Source: an uncultured Chloroflexia bacterium (lineage in GTDB: Bacteria > Chloroflexota > Dehalococcoidia > DSTF01 > JALHUB01). From it: a DNA stretch of 64,000 nucleotides. A program made the position numbers and the translations under genes. Each line of letters starts with the position of its first letter. Position 1 is the first letter of the stretch. The notes under the pieces are model-generated. The model was not told the DNA's origin. It saw only the letters and a list, made by a program, of their open reading frames with translations, and did not search any database. The stretch spans positions 64,001 to 128,000 of the forward strand of contig CAVSBT010000019.1 of the NCBI GenBank assembly GCA_963726245.1, in the 5' to 3' direction. Shown here piece by piece: positions 28,971-40,100 of the stretch.

Positions 28971-30363
28971 TTAGTCGCTGGCTGTTTCGTCCAGGCCCAA
29001 CTGCTGGCGGTAGTCGGGCTCCACGGCCTGGACGGCGCCCATCTCCTGCATCTTCTCGAAGGGGAGCCGGAAGATCTCCCGCACCATGTCCTGAACCATC
29101 GCGAACGTCAGGCCCTCCGGCAGCTCCAGGATCGGCTCGCTGCCGGTGACGCCCTCCGCCTCGAGGGAGGCCAGCTCCTCGTCGGAAAGGCCGAGCATGC
29201 CCTGGAGCACCTCGCGGTTGTGCTGGCCCAGCACGGGCGCCGCCGAGCCCACGCGCGTCTCGAAGCGGTCGAACCTGGCGACGAGATGGCGGGGCACCGG
29301 CCGCCGGCCCAGGACGGGGTGATCCACCAGGTGGAAGTGCTGGCGCTCGCGGAAGTGCGGGTCCACGAGCAGGTCCTTGCCGGTTGAGCACCGGCGCCGC
29401 CTTGACGCCGGCGCGCTGGAGGAGGTGGAAGGCCTCGTAGTGGTCCTGTTCGCGGGTCCAGCCCTCGATGAGCGCGTCGAGGGTATCGTGGTTCTCGTGG
29501 CGCGCGAGGACATCGGCGAAGCGCTCGTCCTCGGTCCACTCAGGGTGGCCGGTGGCGCGGCAGAAGGCGGCCCACTCGTCGTCGTTCTCGATGGAGATGA
29601 CGAGCCAGTCGTCGTCGCCGCGGCAGTGGTAGCAGCCCTGCGGCGCCGCCCACGAGCTGCGATTGCCCATGCGCTCGGGCAGCCGGCCGTTCATCTGGTA
29701 GTCCATGAGCGCGGCGCCCATGACGGCCATCGCCCCCTCCTGCTGTGAGAGGTCGATGAACTGCCCCCGACCCGTGCGCTGCCGGTAATGAAGGGCGGCT
29801 AGCACCGCTCCAGCGGCGAGGACGCCCGTCAGCGGGTCGGTTAAGGAGATGCCGCTGCGGATGGACGGCCCGCCCGGGTAGCCCGTGGCCGACGATATGC
29901 CGGAGGCGGACTCCAGCCCCATGCCGTAGGCGCTCCAGTCGCTGTAGGGCCCAGTTTGGCCGTAGCCGGACATGGAGAGCATGATGATGTCCGGCTTCAA
30001 CTGCCGGACCGTCTCATACTCCAACTCGAAGGCCTTCATGACACGCGGCGTGAAGCTCTCCACCAGGACGTCGCTATCGGCGATGAGGCGGTGGAGGAGG
30101 CCGCGGCCCGGCTCGCTGGTCAGGTCCAGGGTGATGCTCCGCTTGCCGGCGTTGTGAACGGCGAAGTAGCAGGTCCGGTTCCAGGGCTGATCGGCGGAGT
30201 CGTTGTCGGTCATTATGAGGCCGCGGGCGATGTCGAGCCGCTGCCGCGCCTCTATCTTGATGACATCGGCTCCGAGCTCGGAGAGGATGCGGGTGCACGT
30301 CGGCCCGGCGAAGACGTGGGAGAGGTCCAGCACCCGGACGCCGTCGAGGGGTAGCGCCGCCAT
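28971..30363 (-). CDS. Family III CoA-transferase (CaiB/BaiF), catalytic-type subunit (frameshift near 29382)
   Basis: PLDGVRVLDLS..AGP, NAGKRSITLDL, SGYGQTGP, SLTDPLTG with conserved Asp, APVLGQHN. Confidence 0.9.
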
Positions 30364-30365
30364 GC

Positions 30366-31598
30366 CTAGATCACCCCCCGGTCTCGCAGGATGCCCAGGT
30401 CCTGCCGGTCATAGCCCACCTCGCCGAGAACAGCCTCGTTGTCCTGCCCCAGGGTCGGGGCCGGCCCGCTGCGAAGCGGCGTCTCGCTCATCCGGAGGGG
30501 CGCTCCCGGATGGCGGAGGCTGACGCCACCGGGGTGCTCGATCTCCACGAAGAAGGCCCGCTCCGCCAGGTGCTCGTCCTCCAGCAGGTCGGCCGCCGTC
30601 GGCACCAGAGCGAAGGGCATGCGCAGCTCCTGCGCCGTCTCCACGATCTGGCGGCTGGAGTGCGTCGTCAGCCAGGGGAGGAGCAGCTCATCCAGCTCGC
30701 GCCAGCGGATGAAGCGCGCCTGCATGTCCTGGAAGAGGGGGTTCTGGTCCAGCTCCAAGTCCTCCAGGAGGAGCGACATGGGCGAGGCGCCCTGGTCCAG
30801 CAGCGGCCTGGGGAAGCCCTGGGCGCCGGGGATCACCACCACGTATCCGTCCTGGCTGGGCAGGATGTCCATGGGATAGCCGAAGACGTGTCGCGAGTAG
30901 AAGCGCCGGCGGATGGCCCCCAGGTAGGCATACATGGCGGCGTTGTACTCGTCGGCGGCGGCGACCGATTCGACCAGCGAGACGTCGACGTGCTGGCCGC
31001 CGCCGTTTCGCTCGCGGTAGGCGAGGGCGGCCAGGATGCCCACGAACGCCTGGAGCCCGGCGAAGTAGCCGGCCGGCTCGCAGCCTGTCGACAGCGGCTC
31101 GCGGTCCGGCTCGCCGGTGGTGTACATTATGCTGCTCATCGCCATGGCGACCAGGCTGTTGGCGTCGTAGTCGCGGTAAGGCCCCGTCTGCCCGAAGGGG
31201 CTGATCGAGGAGTAGATCAGCTCCGGGAAGTCTGCCCGAAGCTGCTCGTAGCCGATGCCCCAGTCGTCCACGCGGCCCGGCGGGTAGCTCTCGACCAGCA
31301 CGTCGGCCCGGGCGAGCAGCTTCTTGAGGACGACCACCCCGGAGGCGGTGGCCACGTCCAGCGTCACGCTCTTCTTGTTCGTGTTCAGGTGGAGGAAGAG
31401 GCCGCTCCTCTCTGGGTGAGGGAGGTCGCTGGGGAAGGGCCCCAGACGGCGGGACACGTCGCCGCCGGGCGGCTCGATCTTGATGACCTCCGCCCCGCAG
31501 TCGGCGAGCAGCTTGGTGCAGTAGGGGCCGGCCACGCCCTGAGTCAGGTCGACCACACGCAGGTCGGAGAGGGCGGCGTCGGTCAAGGGGTCCTCCAA
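30366..31598 (-). CDS. Family III CoA-transferase (CaiB/BaiF), partner subunit
   Basis: LSDLRVVDL..AGP, NTNKKSVTLD, SPFGQTGPY, APTLGQDN. Confidence 0.9.
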   Translation of the reverse strand: MEDPLTDAALSDLRVVDLTQGVAGPYCTKLLADCGAEVIKIEPPGGDVSRRLGPFPSDLPHPERSGLFLHLNTNKKSVTLDVATASGVVVLKKLLARADVLVESYPPGRVDDWGIGYEQLRADFPELIYSSISPFGQTGPYRDYDANSLVAMAMSSIMYTTGEPDREPLSTGCEPAGYFAGLQAFVGILAALAYRERNGGGQHVDVSLVESVAAADEYNAAMYAYLGAIRRRFYSRHVFGYPMDILPSQDGYVVVIPGAQGFPRPLLDQGASPMSLLLEDLELDQNPLFQDMQARFIRWRELDELLLPWLTTHSSRQIVETAQELRMPFALVPTAADLLEDEHLAERAFFVEIEHPGGVSLRHPGAPLRMSETPLRSGPAPTLGQDNEAVLGEVGYDRQDLGILRDRGVI

Positions 31599-31717
31599 TT
31601 CGCCGGCAGCGAGGCCTGAAGAGGGAGACGGGGGCGTGAGTCACGCCCCCGTGAATATACATACAACGGCCGGCGGGTAGGCGCAACGGCGGCCTTACTG
31701 CGCAACGCGGGGGTCGA

Positions 31718-31745
31718 GTAGGGGCGCACGGCCGTGCGCCCCTAC
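31718..31745. repeat. REP-like perfect palindrome
   Basis: GTAGGGGCGCACGG-CCGTGCGCCCCTAC. Confidence 0.7.
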
Positions 31746-31889
31746 CACAGCGGCGTCCGTTCGCGCAGCATCTTCTCGATGAGGGGCAGGGCCTCTCGCG
31801 CCGCCTCCTCGCCGCGACGGAGGCTGAGCGGCATGTGGAAGGGTGAGTTGGCGTTGGTCATGCCGCCGCTGATGGCGTCGAAGGCATGT
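31742..31889 (-). pseudogene. Orphan 3' gene fragment, resembling a patatin-like phospholipase C-terminus
   Basis: HAFDAISGG...RGEEAAREALPLIEKML..W* with host-like codon usage and no start. Confidence 0.35.
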
Positions 31890-31930
31890 TTGCCCTAGTG
31901 GTGGGCGTGTTGTCGTTAAGAGGCCCGCGG

Positions 31931-32788
31931 TCAGCGGCGCGCGGGCGCTCCGCCTGTCGCCGGGCTTGGGTAGCCAACCGCCTCGGCCGTCCGGCGGCCG
32001 GGGGGCTGTCGCAGACAGTAGGCGAACCCCAGGATGGAGATAGCGATGACGCCCAGCGCTATCACCTGCGCCATCTTGAACTCCCAGAGAACCTGGTTGT
32101 CGAGGCGCAGGGCGCTGGTCCCGACCCGCATGAGCGAGTAGAGGAAGGCGTAGCTGAAGAAGACCAGACCATCCCGCTTGTAGAAGCGCCAGAGAAGGAA
32201 GAGCAGCCCGAATATGAGGAGGTCGCCCAGGAACTCGTAGGCCACGGCCGGGTGCTGTGGGGCCCGTCCGAAGCTGGGGCTGTTAGCGTGCGTGTAGATG
32301 ACGGCCCACGGCAGGTCCGTCGTCTTCGCGAAGTGCTCGCCGTTGATCATGTCGCCGATACGCCCGATGGCCTGGCCGAGGACCATGCCGAAGGCGGCGG
32401 CGTCGAGGCCGGCCCGGATCGGCAGGCGTTGCCAGATGCCGTAGGCCAGGCCACCCAGGACGCCGCCGATCAGCGCTCCGTAGATGGAGATGCCGCCTTC
32501 ATTTATGCGGAAGATGTCCAGCAGCCTGCCTGCGAAGAGGCTATGGTTCTCCATGACAAAGAGGGCGCGGGCGCCGATTATGCCCGCCGGCACGCCGACC
32601 AGGGCCACGGTGTAGGAGACATCCTCGATGAAACCCACCCGGGCCGCCATCTTCACAGCTACCCACACGCCCAGGGCGATGCCGATCGCTGTGAAGACGC
32701 CGTGCCAGGTCAGCAGCAGCCCACCGAAGTGCGCTATTTCAGGATCGATGCCGATCTTGATCGGGTCCCAGCCCCCAATGAGGCCCAT
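31931..32788 (-). CDS. lgt: Prolipoprotein diacylglyceryl transferase
   Basis: GIIGAR, GGISIYGA, GQAIGRIGD.INGE, HP..AYE. Confidence 0.93.
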   Translation of the reverse strand: MGLIGGWDPIKIGIDPEIAHFGGLLLTWHGVFTAIGIALGVWVAVKMAARVGFIEDVSYTVALVGVPAGIIGARALFVMENHSLFAGRLLDIFRINEGGISIYGALIGGVLGGLAYGIWQRLPIRAGLDAAAFGMVLGQAIGRIGDMINGEHFAKTTDLPWAVIYTHANSPSFGRAPQHPAVAYEFLGDLLIFGLLFLLWRFYKRDGLVFFSYAFLYSLMRVGTSALRLDNQVLWEFKMAQVIALGVIAISILGFAYCLRQPPGRRTAEAVGYPSPATGGAPARR

Positions 32789-32925
32789 CTTAGAGCTCTC
32801 CTTCCCGCGCCCCGGCGTTGAGCTGCGCTCGCATCTCCGCTATCAACCAAGACGCCTTCTTCTCACGTTCTTGCGGCGCGTCCGCCCTTGCTTCGTCCCA
32901 GTTCCAGTTCCCAGGTCCAGGTTCC

Positions 32926-33747
32926 TCACGGGCCGGCGGAGAAGGCCTTCTCGTAGAGGGCCCTCACCTCAGCCGGTGGCAGGTCCTGACCCAGATAGTG
33001 GCTGCCCAGCCAGATCTCGAAGTGAAGGTGGTTCTCGGTGTCGGGAGCGGTGACCGACTCCGGGGTGCCGGAGTCGCCGACGTAGCCCAGCTCCTGGCCT
33101 ACCTCCACCGTCACACCCACGTCGATTCCGGTCGCGATGCCCTCCAGGTGGGCGTAGCGCGTTACCAGCCCTCCGCCGTGGTCCACCCAGATCTGACGGC
33201 CGCGAAAGGTGTCCAGGATGTCGGGGGCATTCGCCTCGCCCTGAGCAAGCCGCTCATTCAGCGACTGTAGCTCGTCCGCGGTCAGGTCGTGGTAGTTCCA
33301 GGTGGCGCGAACCACGCGCCCCGCCTTCACCGCCCGCACCGGCGTTCCCCGCACAATGGACACGCAGTTGTCGATGCCGTAGAAGTCGACTCCCTGGTGG
33401 ATGCCGTTGCGGTACTGGCGAGGGGCGTTCGGCATCATGTCGTCACTGGTTGGCAGACAGGCGCCCTCGATAGGAAAGATGAGGCCCTGCACCTCGGTCA
33501 CCGGCGCTACCGTCGCCGTCGGTTCCGCGACCGGCGAAGGCGTCGGCGCTAGGGGCGTAATCTGTACCTTCGACGAGCCCTCGCCGCTGTTGCAGGCGGA
33601 GACCAGCACAGCTAGGCATGCCAGCAGGGCCGGCACAAAGGCGGTGCGCAGGTCGGCTGCCTCCTTTCCCCGACGAGGGGAGATCGATTCAGGATAACCA
33701 GAGCCCGCGAGTCGGGCAAGTGTGTGGGTGTCAGGCAATCTGTCCAC
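32926..33747 (-). CDS. M23 family metallopeptidase lipoprotein (start uncertain, probably near 33650)
   Basis: Lipobox VSAC, HQGVD, TRYAHL, HLHFEI. Confidence 0.85.
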   Translation of the reverse strand: MDRLPDTHTLARLAGSGYPESISPRRGKEAADLRTAFVPALLACLAVLVSACNSGEGSSKVQITPLAPTPSPVAEPTATVAPVTEVQGLIFPIEGACLPTSDDMMPNAPRQYRNGIHQGVDFYGIDNCVSIVRGTPVRAVKAGRVVRATWNYHDLTADELQSLNERLAQGEANAPDILDTFRGRQIWVDHGGGLVTRYAHLEGIATGIDVGVTVEVGQELGYVGDSGTPESVTAPDTENHLHFEIWLGSHYLGQDLPPAEVRALYEKAFSAGP

Positions 33748-35285
33748 TCTGCCAGGCTATCTCGCCTCCCACCACCGTCATCTCCACTGTCAAGGCGCCC
33801 GTCGGCTTCTCCGACAGCACATAGCCTGCCCTCTCGACCCGCAGGCCGGACAGCAGCACCAGGTCGGCGCGCTTGCCGGCACACAGGCTGCCACGCTCGG
33901 GCTCGTCGAAGGCGGCGTAGGCGGCGGCGCGGGTGTGCATGGCCAGCGCCTCCTCGACCGATACCGCCTGGCCAGGCGCCACGGCTGCGCCTCCCGACGA
34001 GAGGCGCCGGACGGCTCCCACCAGGCCAGCGAGGGGGCCGGGCGGCGCAACAGGGGCATCGGAACCGGCCGCCACCAGCACGCCGGCCTCCAGCAAGGTG
34101 CGCAACGGGTAGAGGTGGGGCAGTTCCTTCTCCGGTACCTGCCTGAGATAGCGGTCGCCGTTGTGGTAGACGAAGGAGGGCTGGGTGACTACCAGCACAC
34201 CCAGGGCGGCCAGGCGGCGGGCCAGGGCCGGCGGGCAGACCCCGCAGTGCTCGATGCGATGCCGGTGGTCGCGGCGGGGTTTGCGCCTCAACGCGGCGGC
34301 CAGCGCGTCGGCGGCGGCTGCCACGGCGGCCTCGCCCACGGCGTGGATGGCCGCCTGCCGGCCGGCCTGGTGGACGCGCCACACCGTCTCCGCCAGCTCC
34401 TCCGGGCCGGGATGCAGCTCCTCGCCCAGCTCGGCGATGACAAGTTTGACGGGGCCGCGGCGCAAGGGCAGGGAGCCGTCAGCCTCCGGCATCTCACCCA
34501 GATGACGATAGCCCTCCATGAGAGTGACGGAAAGGGGCAGGCAGCCTTCGGCCATGAGACGGCGGAAGAGCGCCCATTCCTCCGGGCCATTCGTCACCGT
34601 GGCGTCCTGAATGGCTGTCACGCCCTCGGAGAGCAAGGCCTGCGCCGCTCGACGCACCCCGGCCGAGAGCTCGTCGTAGGGCAGCGGCGGCACGAAGCCG
34701 TCTACGATGTCGTTCATCTCCAGGAGGAGCCCGCTGGGCTCGCCGGTAGAGACGTCTCGCTCCATGTAGCCGCCGGGCGGCTCCTCGCTGCCGGCGTCGA
34801 GCCCGACCAGGGACAGAGCGCGGCTGTTGAGGACGCAGGCCCGGCCGGTGCGGTGCACGAGGCGCACCGGATGGCGCGGCGCGGCCGCGTCCAGGTCCCA
34901 GCGCGTGGGATGGCGGCCCTCGGCCAGGTCCGTCTCGTCGTAGCCGGTGGCGCGCAGCCAGCGGCCCTCGGGCGTGCGGGCGGCCGCCGCGGACAGGGCG
35001 GCCTGGATGTCGGCTATCGAGCGGGCGGCCCGCGGGCTGCAGTCGATCGGAGAGGAGGGAGGCGGCGTAGGAGAGCAGGTGGCAATGGGCGTCGATGAAG
35101 CCGGGCAGTAGCGTCAGGCCGCGGCCGTCGACGAGTCGCGTCTCGGGCCGGCGGTGACGCGCCACCCACGCCTCGGAGCCCACGGCCAGGAGCCGGTCGC
35201 CGGCGACAGCGACCGCCTCCGCCAGCGGCCGGGACAGCTCCATGGTGAGGGCGCGCACGTTATGGAAGATGAGGCTGGCTGGCAA
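33731..35285 (-). CDS. Amidohydrolase_3 / YtcJ-like metal-dependent hydrolase (frameshift near 35048)
   Basis: PGFIDAHCH, IHAVG, HRIEHC, GSDAP, GKRADLV. Confidence 0.88.
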
Positions 35286-35393
35286 GCCGTCCTCCTCTGG
35301 GCGAGGCCGTCGAGCACGGCCCGCTTCTGGGGACGAGTAAGGCCGCCCGGAGGCTACCCGCGCGGCCCAGAGATCGATCGAGTGGGCGGGAGG

Positions 35394-35537
35394 TCAGTCG
35401 GCGGAAGGGAGGACCTTGGGCTGCATCAGCTTCATGGGAGCGCCGCAGCACTCAACCCCGCCTTCTCCCGGCTTGATGCAGAGCACCTCGGTGCCACAGC
35501 TTTCGCACTGAAATCGCTTTCCCAGTTGGTTGGGCAT
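35394..35537 (-). CDS. Desulforedoxin-like small metal-binding protein (47 aa)
   Basis: SD GGAGG; MPNQLGKRFQCESCG...CCGAPM (CxxC..CC). Confidence 0.8.
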   Translation of the reverse strand: MPNQLGKRFQCESCGTEVLCIKPGEGGVECCGAPMKLMQPKVLPSAD

Positions 35538-35577
35538 TTGCGCCACCTCCTGGCCCCGGGGCGGTCCCTTCCAGCCC

Positions 35578-35697
35578 TCAGCTCTTGAGTTGCATAGGCT
35601 GGCCGCAGCAAACCAGCTCGCCGCTGCCCGCCCTGGTGACAATCATCTCGGTGCCGCACTTGGCACAGAAGTAGCGCTTTCCGACCTGGTTCGCCAA
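35578..35697 (-). CDS. Desulforedoxin-like small metal-binding protein (39 aa)
   Basis: SD GGAGG, TTG start; ANQVGKRYFCAKCG...CCGQPM. Confidence 0.8.
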   Translation of the reverse strand: MANQVGKRYFCAKCGTEMIVTRAGSGELVCCGQPMQLKS

Positions 35698-35760
35698 GGC
35701 GCTGCCACCTCCACGAGTCGAGAAGACAAGCTCCCCATCCGGCTTCGGGAAGCCGCTCAC

Positions 35761-35789
35761 AGTCTAGCCAGCGGACTCAAGGCAGTCAA
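35761..35789 (-). promoter_or_regulatory. Sigma-70 promoter for the small Cys-protein pair
   Basis: TTGACT-N17-TAGACT. Confidence 0.5.
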
Positions 35790-35805
35790 GCGCTGGAGTT
35801 CTGGC

Positions 35806-36881
35806 CTACGTCTGGACCCCTGCGATGATGCCGCCCCCCAAGACCTCTTCGCCGCGGTAGAAGACGACAGCCTGCCCCGGCGTGATCGCCCGCTGTGGCC
35901 GCCGGAAGACCACGCGCGTGCCGCCGCCCTCCGGGTACACCTCGGCCGGGGCGGCCGGCGTTCGATAGCGGATCTTGGCGTCGACAGCGCTGCCGGCCGG
36001 GGGCGGCTCGCCGGCCACCCAGCGCACGTCCTCGGCCCAGAGTTCGTCCGCCATCAGCTCTTCCTCGGAGCCGACGGTCACCAGGTTGTGGGCGGGGTCG
36101 ATGGCGGTGACGAAGCGCTTCTCCCCCAGGGCCACGCCCAGGCCGCGGCGCTGCCCCACCGTGAACGCGGCCACGCCCTGGTGCCGCCCGATGATGCGTC
36201 CGCCGGCGTCGCGGATGTCGCCCGCAGACTGGGCCAGGCGCTCGCTGATGAACGAGCGGTAGTCGTTGTCAGGTATGAAGCAGATGTCGGTACTATCGGG
36301 CTTGCCGGCCACCGGCAGCCCCATCTCGCGGCCAGACCGCGCACCTGCTCCTTGCGGTAATCTCCGATGGGGAGGAGAAGACGGGAGAGCTGGGTCTGGT
36401 CCAGCGTGAAGAGCACGTAGGACTGATCCTTCTCGCCGTCCACGGCACGGAGGAGGCGGTAGCGGCGGTTGGAGCGCTCGATGCGCGCGTAGTGGCCGGT
36501 GGCCAGGAAGTCGGCCTCCAGGGCCACGGCGCGGGAGAGCAGCGAGGAGAACTTGACGTGCTCGTTGCAGGCGAGGCAAGGGTTGGGCGTACGGCCCCGC
36601 TGGTACTCCCGCAGGAAGTAGTCCACCACTGACTTCTGGAACTCGCGCTCCAGGTTGAGGACATAGTGCGGTATGCCCAGGGCCTGAGCGGCCTGCCGGG
36701 CGTCGTCGATGTCTTCAACTGAGCAGCAGCGGCGGCGATGGCGGGGCGCTTGCGGGTCGTCCAGGGTCCAGAGGCGCATGGTGACGCCGATGACTTCGTA
36801 GCCCCGGCGGGCCAGGAGGCCGGCCGCGACAGCGGAATCGACGCCGCCGCTCATGGCGACGACGACGCGGGGTAGCTTCAT
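35806..36881 (-). CDS. mnmA: tRNA 2-thiouridylase (frameshift near 36330)
   Basis: AMSGGVDS, TPNPC..CN, ATGHY, KDQSY, DS.DICF, TVGQRRG, TPGQ. Confidence 0.95.
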
Positions 36882-37171
36882 GACAATTCATGGTATAACA
36901 TCGAGGTTTGCAGGGGAATCGGTTTAACGAGGCCAGGGCATCAGGCTAGCATGTCGCTATCTGGCCTCACACGTTCGATTGGTGCCAACCACCACAACCC
37001 TGAGAACCAGGCCATCTTCGAGAACGTAAGAGATATGGGGGAGTCGGCGACTTTCGCGCCAGGGCATTCGTGTATCGTGGACACGTGGGAGACGCCGTCC
37101 GTCGGTCGCGATCGCATGCATAGGGGTCTCGCATACGTATACTGGGCGCCGGCAACGAAGTTGGGATCGAC

Positions 37172-40100
37172 ATGGATGAATTGAGGCAGTCCGGGATCGA
37201 GGTCGAACTACTGTACGACACGGCGTTGTTCGCGAACCTGAACGACGCCATCATAGCCACCGACACGAACTGGGTGCTCACGGCCTGGAACCGCGCTGCG
37301 GAGGAGATGTTCGGCTGGAAGGCCGAGGAGGTGCTGGGGAGGCCCTCGCAGGAGGTACTCCCCACCATCGAGCTCGCTGGGCGGCCCCCGCCGAGAGACG
37401 ATGCGCGCCGCGCTCTGGCCGAGGCAGGTCGGTTCCGTGGTGAGTTAGCCTATCTGCGTAGGGACGGACGGCCGGTCGACGTCGAGACCAACGCCATCAC
37501 CCTCCGAGACCACGAAGGCGCGGTCACCGGCTACGCCACGGTCATGCGTGACATCACCGAGCGCAAGCGGTGGGAGGAAGAGATTCAAGAGCCTCGCCAG
37601 GTTCCCCTCCGAGAACCCCAACCCGGTGTTGCGAGTGAGCGAGGATGGCAGGCTCCTCTATGCCAACGAGGCGAGCAACCCCTTGCTGCCTGAGTCAGGC
37701 GCCGCGATCGGCGGGCCTGCCCCTGCATTCCTCCAGGCCCTGGCCAGGGAAGCACTCAACAAGCAGTCAGCCACGACTACCGATGTCGAGGCGTCCGGCC
37801 GCACGTGGTCTCTCTCGGTCTCACCCGTTGTTGAATCTGGCGACGTCAACATTTATGGGCGTGACGTCACCGAGCGCAGCCGGGCCGAAGAGATGGTCCG
37901 CAAGAGTGAAGAAGAGCTTAGCAGACTAAACAGAACGCTGAAGGCGTTAAGCGATTCTAATCAGGCGATGATGCGCGCACGCAATGAGGCGGATTATCTG
38001 GACGAGGTCTGCAAGATCATTGTCGAGGACTGCGGTCATTCTATGGCGTGGATAGGATTCGCCGAAGAGGATGAAGCAAAGACCGTACGTCCGGTGGCGC
38101 AGGCAGGGTTTGAAGAAGGGTACCTTGAAACTGCGGATATCACATGGGCGGACACCGAACGCGGCCGGGGGCCAACAGGCACGGCTATACGCACCGGAGA
38201 ACCCGCTATTTGCAGGAACATGCTGACTGATCCCAGTTTTGCACCCTGGCGCAAAGAAGCTGTGAAGAGAGGATATGCCTCATCGATAGTTCTCCCGTTG
38301 ACCATAGAGGGTAAGGCATTCGGCGCGATAAACATATATTCAAGAGACCCTGATCCTTTCTCCGAGAAGGAAGTGCGGTTGCTTTCCGAATTGGCCGATG
38401 ACCTTGCTTATGGAATAGCGGCCATACGATTACGTGAGGAGCACGCAGAGGCCGAGGAGGCGCTGCGCGACGCCAAGCAGTCGTGGGAGCGAACCTTCGA
38501 TGCCGTACCAGACCTGATTGCAATCATAGACGAGCACCATCGCATCGTGCGAGCCAACCGCGCCATGGCCCAGCGGCTGGGGGTGACCCCCGACGAGTGC
38601 GTCGGCAAGGTGTGCCATGACGCGGTGCACGGACTGGGCTGCCCGCCGGGGTTTTGCCCGCACGTGCGCACCCTGGCTGACGGCCGGGAACACGTTGCCG
38701 AAGTGCACGAGCCGCGCCTCGGCGGGGACTTCCTGGTCACGACCACGCCGCTTGCGGACGAGCAGGGGCGGCTCATCGGTTCGGTGCACGTCGCCCGGGA
38801 CATCACGGAGCGCAAGCAGGCCGAGGAGGCGCTGCGGGAGACGCGGGACTACCTGGAGAAGCTGGTCGACTACGCCAATGCGCCGATCATCGTCTGGGAC
38901 CCAAGCTTCACCATCACGCGCTTCAACCACGCGTTCGAACGGCTGACAGGGCGTCCGGCGGGCGAGGTGGTTGGCCAGCGGCTGGAGGTGCTCTTCCCCG
39001 AGGCCGAGCGCGCCGCTTCGATGGAGCAGATCGAGCGGACGCTGCGGGGCGAGTTCTGGGAGCTGATCGAGATTCCCATCCTGCACCAGAGCGGCGAGGT
39101 GCGGCGGGTGCTGTGGAACTCGGCCAACATCACCGCAGCCTGACGGCCGGACGGTCGTCGCCACCATCGCCCAAGGCACGGACATCACCGAGCGCAAGCA
39201 GGCGGAGCGGGAGATTGAACTGGAGCGCCAGCGACTCCAAACGCTGGTAGACGCGTCTCCCGTCGGCATCGTCCTCGCTGACGCCGCCGGACGTCTGCTG
39301 CTGGTGAACCGCGAGGCGCAACGCATATTTGGCTATTCCCATGTCGAGGGCGACTCCGGATGGCACGATCGGGCGGTTCGTCGCCGCCCGGACGGTAGCG
39401 TCTATAGTCGCGACGAGCTGCCGCTCGAGCGGGCCCTCCGTCAAGGCGAGACGGTGCAGGCTGAAGAAGTCTGGTTCCACTTCCCCGACGGTCGGACCGT
39501 TCCGACGCTGACAAATGCCACACCGTTGTACGGCGCCAGCGGGGAGATAACGGGTGCCATTGCCATCATCCAGGACATCACTCCGCTGGAGGAGATAGAG
39601 AAGCTACGCAGCGAGTTCCTGGGCATGGTGACCCACGAGCTGAAGACGCCACTGACCGCCATCAAGGGCTCGGCGGCCACGGCGCTCGGAAGCTCCAGGC
39701 CGCTGGACGCCGCTCAGGTGCGGGAGCTGTTCCAGATCATCGATGGGCAGGCGGACCGGTTGCGCGAGTTGGTGGACGACCTCCTGGACATGACCCGGGT
39801 CGAGGCGGGCTCCCTTTCCATCAACCCTGAACCCCTGGATCTGCGGGCAGTCGTCGAAGAAGTTCTGCCAACCTTTGCCAGGAGCGCCGGCCTGCGAGAG
39901 GTCCGGCTGGAGTTGCCGGACGATCTGCTGCCGGTCAAGGCGGACCGGGGCCGGATCGGGCAGGTGATGGCGAACCTTCTCACAAATGCTGCCAAGTTCT
40001 CACCGGCCGAGACGCCGATCACCATTTCGGCGGAGCAGGACCCCCTCAACGTCACGGTCCACGTCCGAGATGAGGGCCGCGGGATCGCCAGGGAGAAGCT

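Noticed and set aside
35530-35580. TGA read-through fusing the two desulforedoxin-like ORFs
   Set aside because: The second ATG is in a different frame and has its own SD
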